Assembly (NCBI GenBank): GCA_944376195.1
Contig: CALWBW010000007.1
Span: forward strand, 3,230 to 67,229
Reading direction: 5' to 3'
Origin: an uncultured Clostridia bacterium
GTDB taxonomy: Bacteria; Bacillota; Clostridia; Oscillospirales; QAMX01
Length of the DNA: 64,000 bases
Within the stretch, counting starts at the first letter, position 1. Every line of letters begins with the position of its first letter. Positions 20,508-29,633 of the stretch are shown piece by piece. The notes below the pieces were generated by a model. The model saw nothing but the letters and a program-made list of their open reading frames with translations. It was not told the DNA's origin and made no database searches. The translations under genes and the position numbers were made by a program.

Positions 20508-21776
20508 TCATGCCGTATGCGCGTCGATATGCGAAAGGAGGATGCGCTCCGCCTCGTCGTTCCATAAACCGCCGCCAGACGCAACTGCCTGCGCCAGAGC
20601 CGCAAAAAGCGGATCGTGCTTGCCAAGGCGCGGGAAATCCGCAATTGCCGTCAATGGCAGGTCGGCATGCGTATAAATCAGCTTCTTTCCGCCCGGAATT
20701 TCCGGCAAACGGCGCGTCGTCTCCGGAACGCAGGACAGTCCGCCGATGTGCGTCACCATGGAAGCGGGCGTAATCTTCCCCTCCGCCATCAGGTCAAGCG
20801 ACTCGCGCATGTCCGACGTATTGCCGCCCGATGTCCCCACCACATGATGCGCCGAATAGTGCACATCGAAAAAGTTGAGTGACGCGGAAAAGGAAGTATC
20901 CGCCGGACCCGAGAAAAAGTTCAGGCATCCATCCTGCCCAAGCAGCCGGTCGCCCAGCTCCACCACTTCCCGCACCGGTGCGAATACGATTACATCGTCA
21001 AAATACCCGCCCGCTTTTTCCCGAAGTAACGCCGCGGGGTCTTCCATCCCACGCGTATTTACATAAGCGAGCCTCACGCCCTGGCGCGCGGCTTCCTCCA
21101 CCGTATAGATGCTTTGGGCACGGGCAAGACGTTCTTCGTCTATGTCCGTCACGACCAGCACCGCAGGCCTGCGGCCGCAGTGCAGCGCATAGTCAATCGC
21201 GCCCAAACCCATCGGTCCCGCCGACGCCAGAAGCGCCATTCGTCCGCCCTCGCGGATTCCCATCTCGTGCGTATAGGAGAACGGCCTTGTATGATACATT
21301 GCGTGAAAGGTGCCGGCAATGCAGCTCATGGGTTCGGAGAGCGAGCCGCCGAAATAGTTCCCGCCGCGGTACGGAAGCAGGCAGTCCTGTTCCATGACGC
21401 ACGCGGGCAGCACCACATATTCCGCACTGCCCCCGACATAGGGAAATGAATATCCCGGCGTGCGATAGGGGGCGTCGGGTAAATTTAACGCCACCTGCAC
21501 GGTAAAACGTTCGCCTGGGGCATAGCGTCCCTGCCAGCGCCTCCCGATTTGGAGCAGCTCCCCGCAGAATTCATGCCCAATCATCACCGGGTGATCTGCC
21601 ACATCATCCGGCACTCGTTTGTGCGCCGCACCCAAAACGCAGGCCTTATAGGACGACATGCAGATGGAATCCGTCACAATTTTAGCCAAAATTTCCTCTT
21701 CTGTAATTTCCGGCAACGAAACCGTTTCCAGACGCAGGTCTCCGGCCCCATGGAGCCTCACCGCTTTCGTCAGCAC
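20508..21776 (-). CDS. Zinc-type (MDR family) alcohol/polyol-phosphate dehydrogenase
   Basis: GHEFCGE, and Rossmann-like ASAGPMGLGAID. The start is probably GTG at 21776 or 21785, next to GGAGG. The ORF-track N-terminal extension to 22013 crosses the divergent promoter region. Confidence 0.8.
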   Translation of the reverse strand: MLTKAVRLHGAGDLRLETVSLPEITEEEILAKIVTDSICMSSYKACVLGAAHKRVPDDVADHPVMIGHEFCGELLQIGRRWQGRYAPGERFTVQVALNLPDAPYRTPGYSFPYVGGSAEYVVLPACVMEQDCLLPYRGGNYFGGSLSEPMSCIAGTFHAMYHTRPFSYTHEMGIREGGRMALLASAGPMGLGAIDYALHCGRRPAVLVVTDIDEERLARAQSIYTVEEAARQGVRLAYVNTRGMEDPAALLREKAGGYFDDVIVFAPVREVVELGDRLLGQDGCLNFFSGPADTSFSASLNFFDVHYSAHHVVGTSGGNTSDMRESLDLMAEGKITPASMVTHIGGLSCVPETTRRLPEIPGGKKLIYTHADLPLTAIADFPRLGKHDPLFAALAQAVASGGGLWNDEAERILLSHIDAHTA

Positions 21777-21993
21777 AGTCTTCACCTCCGCAGATCTTTT
21801 CGTCCCGATTATACGCCCATCGCCGGGCAAAAGCAAAACGTTTTTTAAAATTTCATCCCGGAAGCTGTCAAAGTCCCGGCCTGTTGTGTTATAATGAATT
21901 GTATTTTGATGTACACAGCACGCAGGCGGCATATAAAACTGCGATCCCGTCGGCGACGCGTTTTGGAACATTTTTTGAAAAGGAGGCTGTCTG

Positions 21994-22863
21994 ATGAAAA
22001 ACACCGCCCTCAATCTTCTGAAGGGTTTTTGCTATCTAGCCCTTTATCTGGCCTGTCAAACGGTCGCAACCTATCTCTTTTTATTTGCCGCATCCTTTTT
22101 TCTGGGGATGCAAAACCCTGCGCTGTTAGAGACGGATGCCGGCATGAATACGCTGATCGAGCAGGTCTACGACGCCACCCTTTCCCAGTCCTCGCTCATT
22201 CTCATTCTGGCCACAGCGATTTTCCTCTTGATCCTGACGGTCTTTTTCCGTGCCCGCGGCAAACGGTTGACGCAGGAAACCTGGCTCATCCCCGTACGCG
22301 TACAATCCCTCTGGCCGGTTGTGCTTTTAGGCGTCTCCTTGGCGGTTTTTATCTGTTACGCCATTGCCTGGATACCCTGGCCGGAAAATCTGCTCCAATC
22401 GTATGAGGAACTGTACGCCGTTTCCAACGACGACGGTGTGATTTGCTTTCTGGCCACAATTCTCTTTGCGCCGATTCTGGAGGAACTTACCTTCCGCGGC
22501 TTGATGTTTACGCGCTTCTGCCGGGCCATGCCGGCGCCCGCGGCACTGATTTTGACTTCCACCATCTTTGGCGCCATGCATGGTACGCTTCTATGGGCGT
22601 CTTACGGGTTCATCGGCGGCGTTGCCATGACGCTGGTTTTTATGAAATACCGTTCGCTCCTGGCGCCCATGTTGATGCACGCCGTTTTCAATCTCGTCGG
22701 CGGCTATCTGATTGCCTGGATGGTGTTTCCCTCCGCACTCTATGACATTGCCTGTTTTGGCCTTTCACTTGCGGTTTTGGCCGGCACAGGGCTCTACCTG
22801 TACCGGATGCCGCGCAGCCGGATTGACCGTGTGCCGTTTTCCGATTCTTCTTCGGCCCTGTAA
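21994..22863 (+). CDS. CPBP family intramembrane glutamic endopeptidase (CAAX protease/Abi family)
   Basis: Polytopic. Motifs EELTFRG, FGAMH, HAVFN. Confidence 0.85.
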   Translation: MKNTALNLLKGFCYLALYLACQTVATYLFLFAASFFLGMQNPALLETDAGMNTLIEQVYDATLSQSSLILILATAIFLLILTVFFRARGKRLTQETWLIPVRVQSLWPVVLLGVSLAVFICYAIAWIPWPENLLQSYEELYAVSNDDGVICFLATILFAPILEELTFRGLMFTRFCRAMPAPAALILTSTIFGAMHGTLLWASYGFIGGVAMTLVFMKYRSLLAPMLMHAVFNLVGGYLIAWMVFPSALYDIACFGLSLAVLAGTGLYLYRMPRSRIDRVPFSDSSSAL

Positions 22864-22880
22864 CCCCATGCTTCGGATGG

Positions 22881-22918
22881 AAAAACGCCCGCCCGGAAGC
22901 ATCCCGGACGGGCGTTTC
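22881..22918. terminator. Hairpin terminator between convergent CPBP and trxA genes
   Basis: ACGCCCGCCCGG-loop-CCGGACGGGCGT with one bulge, flanked by an A-run and a T-run. Confidence 0.55.
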
Positions 22919-22923
22919 AAACT

Positions 22924-23229
22924 TTATTTCCTCAGCAGCGTTAAAAGCGCCTCTTTGCTCTGCACGCCGATCGCGCTGGCCGTAACGGTCCCGTTTTGAA
23001 ATACCGCAACAGTCGGTACGCTCATCACCCCATAGCGCGCAGCCAGTTCCGGGCTTTCGTCCACGTCCACGCTGCCCACCTTAAAACCATCTGCCTCGCG
23101 TCCCAGCTCCGCAATCACGGGATCCAACATACGGCACGGCCCGCACCACGACGCGCGAAAATCCACCAGCACCGGCTCCCGGGCGGAAAGCACTTCCTGT
23201 TGAAAATTTTCCTGTGTGAATACCATCAT
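22924..23229 (-). CDS. trxA: Thioredoxin
   Basis: VLVDFRASWCGPCRML active site. About 101 aa from ATG 23229 (AAAGGA 7 nt upstream). Confidence 0.9.
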   Translation of the reverse strand: MMVFTQENFQQEVLSAREPVLVDFRASWCGPCRMLDPVIAELGREADGFKVGSVDVDESPELAARYGVMSVPTVAVFQNGTVTASAIGVQSKEALLTLLRK

Positions 23230-23374
23230 TCCTTCATCCTTTCGCAATTGGTCCTACGACGACGACGCGCTCCGCGACAAACGGTGTGCAGCCGCGTCCT
23301 CTTTGCCAGCATCTCCGCAAATTCACACTTTTATACGCGGAAGGAATCCCTGACTTTTTTCTTTGGAGGCTGTC

Positions 23375-24595
23375 ATGCGAACGATTGAACTGCTTGCGCC
23401 GGCCGGCGATTTGGAATGCCTGGAGACTGCGCTATATTTTGGCGCGGATGCCGTCTATGTCGGCGGACCGATGCTGCAACTCCGCGCGGCAAACGTGGGC
23501 CTTACGATGGCGCAGCTCGCCCAAGCCGTCGAGACGGCACATCATGCCGGGCGGAAGCTCTACGTCACAGTAAACTGCTTTGCGCAAAATGAAGAAATTT
23601 CGGAAGCCGGGCCCTATGCGCGGGAACTGTCCGCGCTTGGGGCGGACGCCGTCATAGTCTCCGATCTCGGCCTGATTTCTGAAATTCGAAAAGCGGCGCC
23701 GTCACTGCCGATTCACGTCAGTACGCAGGCCAACTGCTGTAATTATGCCGCCGCACAGGTTTATCACGCGCTTGGTGTTTCCCGCATCGTCCTTGCGCGC
23801 GAGATGACGCTTCCCGCCATTGCCGAATTACGGAGACAGGTCCCGGAAGAGTTGGAACTGGAGACGTTTGTCCATGGCGCCATGTGCATGGCGTACTCAG
23901 GCCGCTGCATGATCAGCGCCTACCTGACGGGACGAAGCGGCAACCGCGGTGCCTGTGCGCAGCCCTGCCGCTGGCGTTACACGCTTCAGGAGGAAACACG
24001 CCCGGGGGAATATTTCCCGGTATGGGAAGACGAACGCGGCGCTGCCCTGCTCAGTTCGCGTGATTTATGCGCCATATCGTTTCTGGACCGTCTGGCAGAG
24101 GCCGGCGTCACCTCCTTCAAAATTGAGGGCCGCATGAAATCTCCCTTTTATGTTGCCACAGTGGTACGCGCCTACCGCCAGGCTCTGGACGCCCTCGCGC
24201 GCGGGGAAATGCCGGACCTTCCCACGCTTTTCGCAGAACTGCATACAGTCAGCCACCGTACGTTTTCGCGTGGATTTTATTTCGGGGAAATCCCCTCCGA
24301 ATCTGCCGCGGACGATGGGTATGCGCAGGATTGCGTCTTCGCCGGGGTAGTACGCGCGGCAGAACCGGGGTTCATCACCTTCGAGCAGCGCAACCGGATT
24401 CGTTCGGGTGACCGGGTGGAGGTTCTCTCCCCCTCGCGCGCCGGCGACGCGTTCACCATGGGAACCATGACAGACCCGCAGGGACTCCCCACCGACGACG
24501 CGCGTCTCCCCGCGGCGCTCTATCGCGCAGCCTGTCCGTTTCCGCTTTCGCCAGGCGATATTCTGCGGCTGCGGCGTTCCAAAACACGTACTTAA
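23375..24595 (+). CDS. Peptidase U32 family protein
   Basis: MRTIELLAPAGDLECLETALYFGADAVYVGG start, typical of U32. Conserved Cys cluster (GAMCMAYSGRC...GACAQPCRW). Confidence 0.85.
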   Translation: MRTIELLAPAGDLECLETALYFGADAVYVGGPMLQLRAANVGLTMAQLAQAVETAHHAGRKLYVTVNCFAQNEEISEAGPYARELSALGADAVIVSDLGLISEIRKAAPSLPIHVSTQANCCNYAAAQVYHALGVSRIVLAREMTLPAIAELRRQVPEELELETFVHGAMCMAYSGRCMISAYLTGRSGNRGACAQPCRWRYTLQEETRPGEYFPVWEDERGAALLSSRDLCAISFLDRLAEAGVTSFKIEGRMKSPFYVATVVRAYRQALDALARGEMPDLPTLFAELHTVSHRTFSRGFYFGEIPSESAADDGYAQDCVFAGVVRAAEPGFITFEQRNRIRSGDRVEVLSPSRAGDAFTMGTMTDPQGLPTDDARLPAALYRAACPFPLSPGDILRLRRSKTRT

Positions 24596-24603
24596 ATACC
24601 AAA

Positions 24604-24640
24604 CCCCCGCACGCCAACTCTTTGGCGTGCGGGGGTTTTT
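24604..24640. terminator. Bidirectional intrinsic terminator
   Basis: CCCCCGCACGCC-aactcttt-GGCGTGCGGGGG-TTTTT. Confidence 0.8.
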
Positions 24641-24650
24641 AGACTATTTT

Positions 24651-26426
24651 TTAATCAAGCTGGGATGTATACAATTCATAATACCGGCCATGCAAGGCAA
24701 GCAGTTCCTCGTGTGTACCATTCTCCACGATTTGTTTGTCCGCAACATAGAGAATCCGGCAATTCTTAATGGTGGACAGACGGTGCGCAATGATGAAGGA
24801 GGTACGTCCCTTTAACAGCGCCTGCAATCCCTGCTGTACCAGCAGCTCTGTTTTGGTGTCGATGGCTGAAGTCGCTTCATCCAGAATTAAAATCCGCGGA
24901 TCGGCAAGCAGCGTACGCGCGAAACTGATCAGCTGACGCTGACCGGCGGAAAGCGACGCACCGCGCTCTTTCACTTCCGTGCGGTATCCGTCCGGCAGCT
25001 GACTGATAAAGTCATCCGCATGGACCGCACGCGCCGCCGCATACACTTCTTCATCCGTGGCGTCCAGACGGCCGTACCGGATGTTATCCATGATGGTGCC
25101 GGTGAACAGGAACGTGTCCTGCAGCATCATACCCATCTGCGAACGCAGGGAGGAAATCGTAACGTCATAGATGGAATGTCCGTCTATCGTGATGGACCCC
25201 TCCTGAATGTCATAGAATCGGGCAAGGAGACTGACCACCGTACTCTTGCCTGCGCCCGTAGGCCCGACCAACGCGATGGACTCACCGGGTTCCGCGCATA
25301 AATTCATGTGTTCCAACACATTGACGTCTTTTTCATAGGCAAATGTCACGTCGCGGAATTCCACGCGGCCTTTCACCTGCGGGAGGTCATAGGCGCCCTC
25401 GTGGTCGTCAATGGAAATCGGCTCATCCAATACCTGGAAAATACGTTCCAGATACGCCGTCGTGTTAATCAGGTTGTTATACAAATTGCCGAGCGTCTGG
25501 ATCGGCGTCCAGAAACGGAACACATAACCGATAAACACTAAGATTGTACCGAGCGAAATATCTGCAAAGATATTGGCCGCCGCCGAATAGTAAATCCCCA
25601 ACTTGACCGTGTTGGAGAGCAGGGAAATCACCGGCCAAATGGTCCCGCTGATTAGAACCGCTTTCATCCAGGCATTTCGCACTTCCTGCGCCAGTCCGCT
25701 ATAAATTTCATAGTTGACGGCTTCACGGTCAAAGCTCTGCGTGACCTTCATGCCATTGATGGACTCATGTAAGTAGGCGTTGATATTGGAATTTTTATTG
25801 GAGAGTTTTTGCCTGGCGCGGCGCTGTGGGGATTTTACCAGCACAATGAAGATGACGAAGATCGGCATGGTCGTCAATGTCAGCAACGTCAGCTTGGTGC
25901 TTGTGATAAACATGAAAATAATGATTGCCGTCAGGCTGAAAAGTTCCAGAATAATATTGACGATACCGTTTGAGAGAAAATCTGCCACGGAGTTGACGTA
26001 GTTCACCACGCGGGTCAGGATTTTCCCGTGTGGACGGGAGTCATAATAATCAAACGGTAGTTTCTGCAAATGTTCAAACAGGTCGCGGCGAATTTCTGAA
26101 ATAATCGTCTGTCCCACGCGGTTGGTAATCAGGACACGCCAGCGGTTAATCAGGATAATCAGCGCCACAATCACGACAAAACAAGCCGCCATGATAAACA
26201 GCCCGCGCACGTTCCCGGCTGGAATGTACTCATCTACCACCAATCCGGAGAACTGCGGCGTAATCAGGCTCAAAATCGTGGAAATCACGCTGAGGAACAG
26301 TGCAAAAAGCAAGCTTTTTCCATAGCGCTTTATGTACTTGAAGGACCGTTTCAGATGAGTCGCGTCAAATGGAGTATCCAGTTCCTCGTCTACGTTAAAT
26401 TTGTTTCGTTTTTTCCGGACGTCCAT
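24651..26426 (-). CDS. ABC exporter fused permease/ATPase, subunit 2 of a heterodimer (canonical Walker B, degenerate signature)
   Basis: Six-TM domain plus NBD. GPTGAGKST. ILILDEATSAID. Signature LSAGQRQLISFART is non-canonical. Confidence 0.9.
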   Translation of the reverse strand: MDVRKKRNKFNVDEELDTPFDATHLKRSFKYIKRYGKSLLFALFLSVISTILSLITPQFSGLVVDEYIPAGNVRGLFIMAACFVVIVALIILINRWRVLITNRVGQTIISEIRRDLFEHLQKLPFDYYDSRPHGKILTRVVNYVNSVADFLSNGIVNIILELFSLTAIIIFMFITSTKLTLLTLTTMPIFVIFIVLVKSPQRRARQKLSNKNSNINAYLHESINGMKVTQSFDREAVNYEIYSGLAQEVRNAWMKAVLISGTIWPVISLLSNTVKLGIYYSAAANIFADISLGTILVFIGYVFRFWTPIQTLGNLYNNLINTTAYLERIFQVLDEPISIDDHEGAYDLPQVKGRVEFRDVTFAYEKDVNVLEHMNLCAEPGESIALVGPTGAGKSTVVSLLARFYDIQEGSITIDGHSIYDVTISSLRSQMGMMLQDTFLFTGTIMDNIRYGRLDATDEEVYAAARAVHADDFISQLPDGYRTEVKERGASLSAGQRQLISFARTLLADPRILILDEATSAIDTKTELLVQQGLQALLKGRTSFIIAHRLSTIKNCRILYVADKQIVENGTHEELLALHGRYYELYTSQLD

Positions 26427-28171
26427 CAGTTGACACCCCCTTCTTCGGTGATGCCGTTTTGCAGGCAGTACACGCTGTAGTAATAACCGCGTTTTTTCAG
26501 CAGCTCCTCATGCGTCCCATACTCAGACACACGGCCGTTTTCCAGAATATAAATACAGTCGGCCTCCTTGACGGAGGAAATTCGCTGCGCGACAATCAGC
26601 GTTGTCGCCTTCTTCTTTCTGGCACGCAGCCGCTCCTGGATATAAGCCTCCGTATCCATATCAACGGCGGAGGTCGTGTCGTCCAGAATCAAGATCGGCG
26701 TATCATACGCCAGCGCGCGAGCCAACGCAATACGCTGTTTCTGTCCGCCGGAAAGGCCGACGCCGCGTTCTCCGATGACCGTTTCATATCCGTCCGGCGT
26801 ACGGCGGATAAAGCCGTCCGCGTCCGCGTCTTTTGCACAGGCAATCACGCGTTCCTCCGGCATTTCCGGATCACCATAGGAAATATTGGCGTCAATCGTC
26901 TCGGAAAACAGGAACACATCCTGCATACTCATTCCCACAATCCCGTGCAGCGCGTTCAGCTCATACTTTCGCACATCGACGCCGTCGATAAACACCCCGC
27001 CTTTTGAGACGTCCATAAACCGGGGAATCAGGGAAATCAATGTCGTTTTGCCGCAGCCCGTCGGCCCCATGATGCCGATGGTTTGCCCCGCCTTTGCCTT
27101 CAGATTGATATCCATCAATACCGGCGCTTTGCCCGACGGATATTTGTATTCTACATGGCGAAACTCGATTTCACCTTTGGGCGAATCCGGGATGTAGGGC
27201 TGTGCCTGATTTTCAATATCCGGCTTGGCATAGTAAATCGTCATGATTTTTTCCGCGGAAGCCAGAAAACGCTGATAGTCGTTGATGACCGTACCGATCA
27301 TATTCATGGGACCATTCAAGCCCCACGCAAGGGATAAAAACAAACTCAAATCACCCAGCGTCATGGTGCCATTAATGCAGAAAATGCCGCCGAACAAAAG
27401 CAGGATCACCGTTAGGCAGTTGGAAAAGCCGTCCAGAATCGGCGCGTACCGCTGCCAGGTACGAACCGTATTGATGGAAGCGTTGCGGAACGCCTGATTT
27501 TTTTCCTCAAACCGCTCAATTTCATAATCCTCGCGCACAAACGCCTTTACGACACGATTACCCGAAATATTTTCCTGCACCAGGGTATTCAACTGAGACA
27601 CGCACTCACGCACACGGTCATGCGCCGGACGCATATTGCGCCGTACCTTAATCGTCAGGAAAACCGTGAACGGGGTAAACACAAGCGCCATCAGGGCAAG
27701 CTGCCAGTTGTAAAAAAGGAAAATCACCAGCGTCGCGATAAAAGTCAGGAAGTTGGTGATTGATTGGGGAATCAGAAAAATTGTAAAATGCCGCACCCAA
27801 TCCAGGTCGCCGGTCAATTTCATCATCAAATCGCCGGTGCGGTTTGCTCCGTAATAATTCTGATCCATTTTCTGAAGTTTTGCATAGAGCTGCTTTCGCA
27901 AATCGCGCTCCGTATTCTGTGAGCCCAATTCCAACAACAGCTGCGACGTGTACGTGCAGATGACAAAAAGCACTGCACAGGCAATCGCGCCGATACACAA
28001 CGGCATCAATTTTTCCGCCTGTCCGCCCTCAATGACATCGTCAATAATCTGCGCATACAGGATCGGTCCAATGACATTGAATCCGACGCACAACATGCTG
28101 AGCAACATGCCCACGACCATTTTCCCCGTGTTTTCACGCGCGGTACTCATGACCCATCTCACAGGACCCAT
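26426..28171 (-). CDS. ABC exporter fused permease/ATPase, subunit 1 of a heterodimer (Walker B Asp in place of the catalytic Glu)
   Basis: GPTGCGKTT. Canonical LSGGQKQRIALARA. Walker B ILILDDTTSAVD (D in place of the catalytic E). 1-nt ATGA overlap with subunit 2. Confidence 0.9.
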   Translation of the reverse strand: MGPVRWVMSTARENTGKMVVGMLLSMLCVGFNVIGPILYAQIIDDVIEGGQAEKLMPLCIGAIACAVLFVICTYTSQLLLELGSQNTERDLRKQLYAKLQKMDQNYYGANRTGDLMMKLTGDLDWVRHFTIFLIPQSITNFLTFIATLVIFLFYNWQLALMALVFTPFTVFLTIKVRRNMRPAHDRVRECVSQLNTLVQENISGNRVVKAFVREDYEIERFEEKNQAFRNASINTVRTWQRYAPILDGFSNCLTVILLLFGGIFCINGTMTLGDLSLFLSLAWGLNGPMNMIGTVINDYQRFLASAEKIMTIYYAKPDIENQAQPYIPDSPKGEIEFRHVEYKYPSGKAPVLMDINLKAKAGQTIGIMGPTGCGKTTLISLIPRFMDVSKGGVFIDGVDVRKYELNALHGIVGMSMQDVFLFSETIDANISYGDPEMPEERVIACAKDADADGFIRRTPDGYETVIGERGVGLSGGQKQRIALARALAYDTPILILDDTTSAVDMDTEAYIQERLRARKKKATTLIVAQRISSVKEADCIYILENGRVSEYGTHEELLKKRGYYYSVYCLQNGITEEGGVN

Positions 28172-28279
28172 GTGACATTACCTCCTCACTTTTCTCCCTG
28201 TTTTAGGGGCGCACCCGGCATCTGGCCACCGCATCCGCTTGGAAGGCCGCGCGTTGCAGCGCTGCCACTCTCCACCGGG

Positions 28280-28301
28280 AAAAAGCCGACGGAAAGCCGG
28301 C
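28280..28301 (-). terminator. Possible attenuator hairpin in the exporter leader
   Basis: Minus strand GCCGGC-tttcc-GTCGGC followed by TTTTT. Located about 40 nt after the predicted TSS and about 110 nt before the start codon. Confidence 0.35.
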
Positions 28302-28344
28302 GCTCCTATTGCGGCACCACACCGCCATTTTTCTATTATGGTTA

Positions 28345-28373
28345 ATGATACGCGCCATTTTTGGAAATGTCAA
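28345..28373 (-). promoter_or_regulatory. Sigma-A promoter for the ABC exporter operon
   Basis: Minus strand TTGACA-17 nt-TATCAT. Confidence 0.5.
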
Positions 28374-28575
28374 GGAATGAAAGGCGTCATATTTCGCAAT
28401 TATTCCACCACATTTTCTGTATTTGTTTATATTTTAGCAATAATTTTACCGAATTTCAGCCAAATAAACAGAAATTACAGAATTAACCCTTTGGGGCTTT
28501 TTTGACACGGAAGTCAAGCAGTATTTACTTTTATGGTTTAATATGATAAAATATTACGGAGAGGGGGCGCCGGCC

Positions 28576-28875
28576 ATGAACGATAAATTACGAACAGAAC
28601 AAATGGACGCGCTTTTCAACGCGATCCTTTCCTTGAAAAACAAAGATGAGTGCTATGCTTTTTTTGAAGATTTATGTACAGTCACGGAACTGAAAGCGAT
28701 GGAACAGCGGTTTGAAGTGGCGCTCCTGCTGTCAAAGGGGCATGTATATGGCGACGTTGTCCGCACCACCGGCGCATCCACGGCAACCATCAGCCGTGTC
28801 AACCGCAGTTTGAACTACGGCAGCGACGGATACCGAACCGTAATTGCGAGGCTTGAAGAAAATGGAAGCCTATAG
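28576..28875 (+). CDS. TrpR-like YerC/YecD family protein
   Basis: 99 aa from ATG 28576 (GGAGAGGGGG upstream). ...TELKAMEQRFEVALLL..G..Y..V...TGASTATISRVNRSLNYG is the YerC/YecD helix-turn-helix signature. Confidence 0.8.
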   Translation: MNDKLRTEQMDALFNAILSLKNKDECYAFFEDLCTVTELKAMEQRFEVALLLSKGHVYGDVVRTTGASTATISRVNRSLNYGSDGYRTVIARLEENGSL

Positions 28876-29602
28876 CGCACTGGCGCCTTATTATGATGCG
28901 TTCAACCGCGATGTACCGTATGACGGGATATTGCGGTTTTATCAGCGGCTTTTTGCCCGCGCGGGTATTTCCCCGCAGCTGGTTTTGGATCTGGCCTGCG
29001 GCACCGGCGCCATGAGCATCCGTCTGGCGGCAGCGGGGTATGAAGTCATTGCAGCGGACGCATCCTCGCAAATGCTTTCCATTGCCTCCGCCCGGCCGGT
29101 TCCGGAAAATGCCATTGCGCCTATCTACCTCTGCCAGCGGATGGAGCGGCTTGATCTTTACGGCACGATCGATGCAGCCGTCTGCTGCCTGGACGGTGTC
29201 GGTTATGTCACAAAACCGGAAACGCTCGCCCGCGCTTTTTCGCGCGTCCGTCTTTTTTTAAATCCCGGCGGTGTCTTTATTTTCGACGTCAACAGTGCCT
29301 ACCGTCTGCGGCATTTGGACGAGCAGGCGTTTACGCGGGAGTGCGAACGCGCCTTTTGTGTATACCAGGCGGATTACTCCGAAAAAACCAAACTGCTCAC
29401 CTATACACTGGACCTGTTTGAGCAGGAAGGCCGTCTATACCGTCGTTCGACGGAATACCATAGAGAGCGTGCCTACGAAGCGCAGGAATTGATATCGATG
29501 CTGCTGTCCGCCGGATTTTCCGAGGTGGAACTTTTTGGCGATTGCCGGGAGGCTCCGCCCGAACCGGATGAAGGCAGACTCTTTTTTCTTGCCAAAACCT
29601 GA
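28862..29602 (+). CDS. Class I SAM-dependent methyltransferase
   Basis: Motif I VLDLACGTG. About 246 aa. The start overlaps the yerC-like stop by 14 nt. Confidence 0.8.
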   Translation: MEAYSALAPYYDAFNRDVPYDGILRFYQRLFARAGISPQLVLDLACGTGAMSIRLAAAGYEVIAADASSQMLSIASARPVPENAIAPIYLCQRMERLDLYGTIDAAVCCLDGVGYVTKPETLARAFSRVRLFLNPGGVFIFDVNSAYRLRHLDEQAFTRECERAFCVYQADYSEKTKLLTYTLDLFEQEGRLYRRSTEYHRERAYEAQELISMLLSAGFSEVELFGDCREAPPEPDEGRLFFLAKT

Positions 29603-29631
29603 AAAAACGCCCCGAAGTCCGGGGCGTTTTT
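29602..29631. terminator. Bidirectional intrinsic terminator
   Basis: AAAAAA-CGCCCCG-aagtc-CGGGGCG-TTTTT. Confidence 0.75.
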
Positions 29632-29633
29632 CT

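Noticed and set aside
28239-28505. 88-aa plus-strand ORF in the exporter/yerC intergenic region
   Set aside because: No RBS. It spans the minus-strand promoter and leader of the ABC exporter, and its composition changes abruptly from GC-rich to AT-rich. More likely non-coding.
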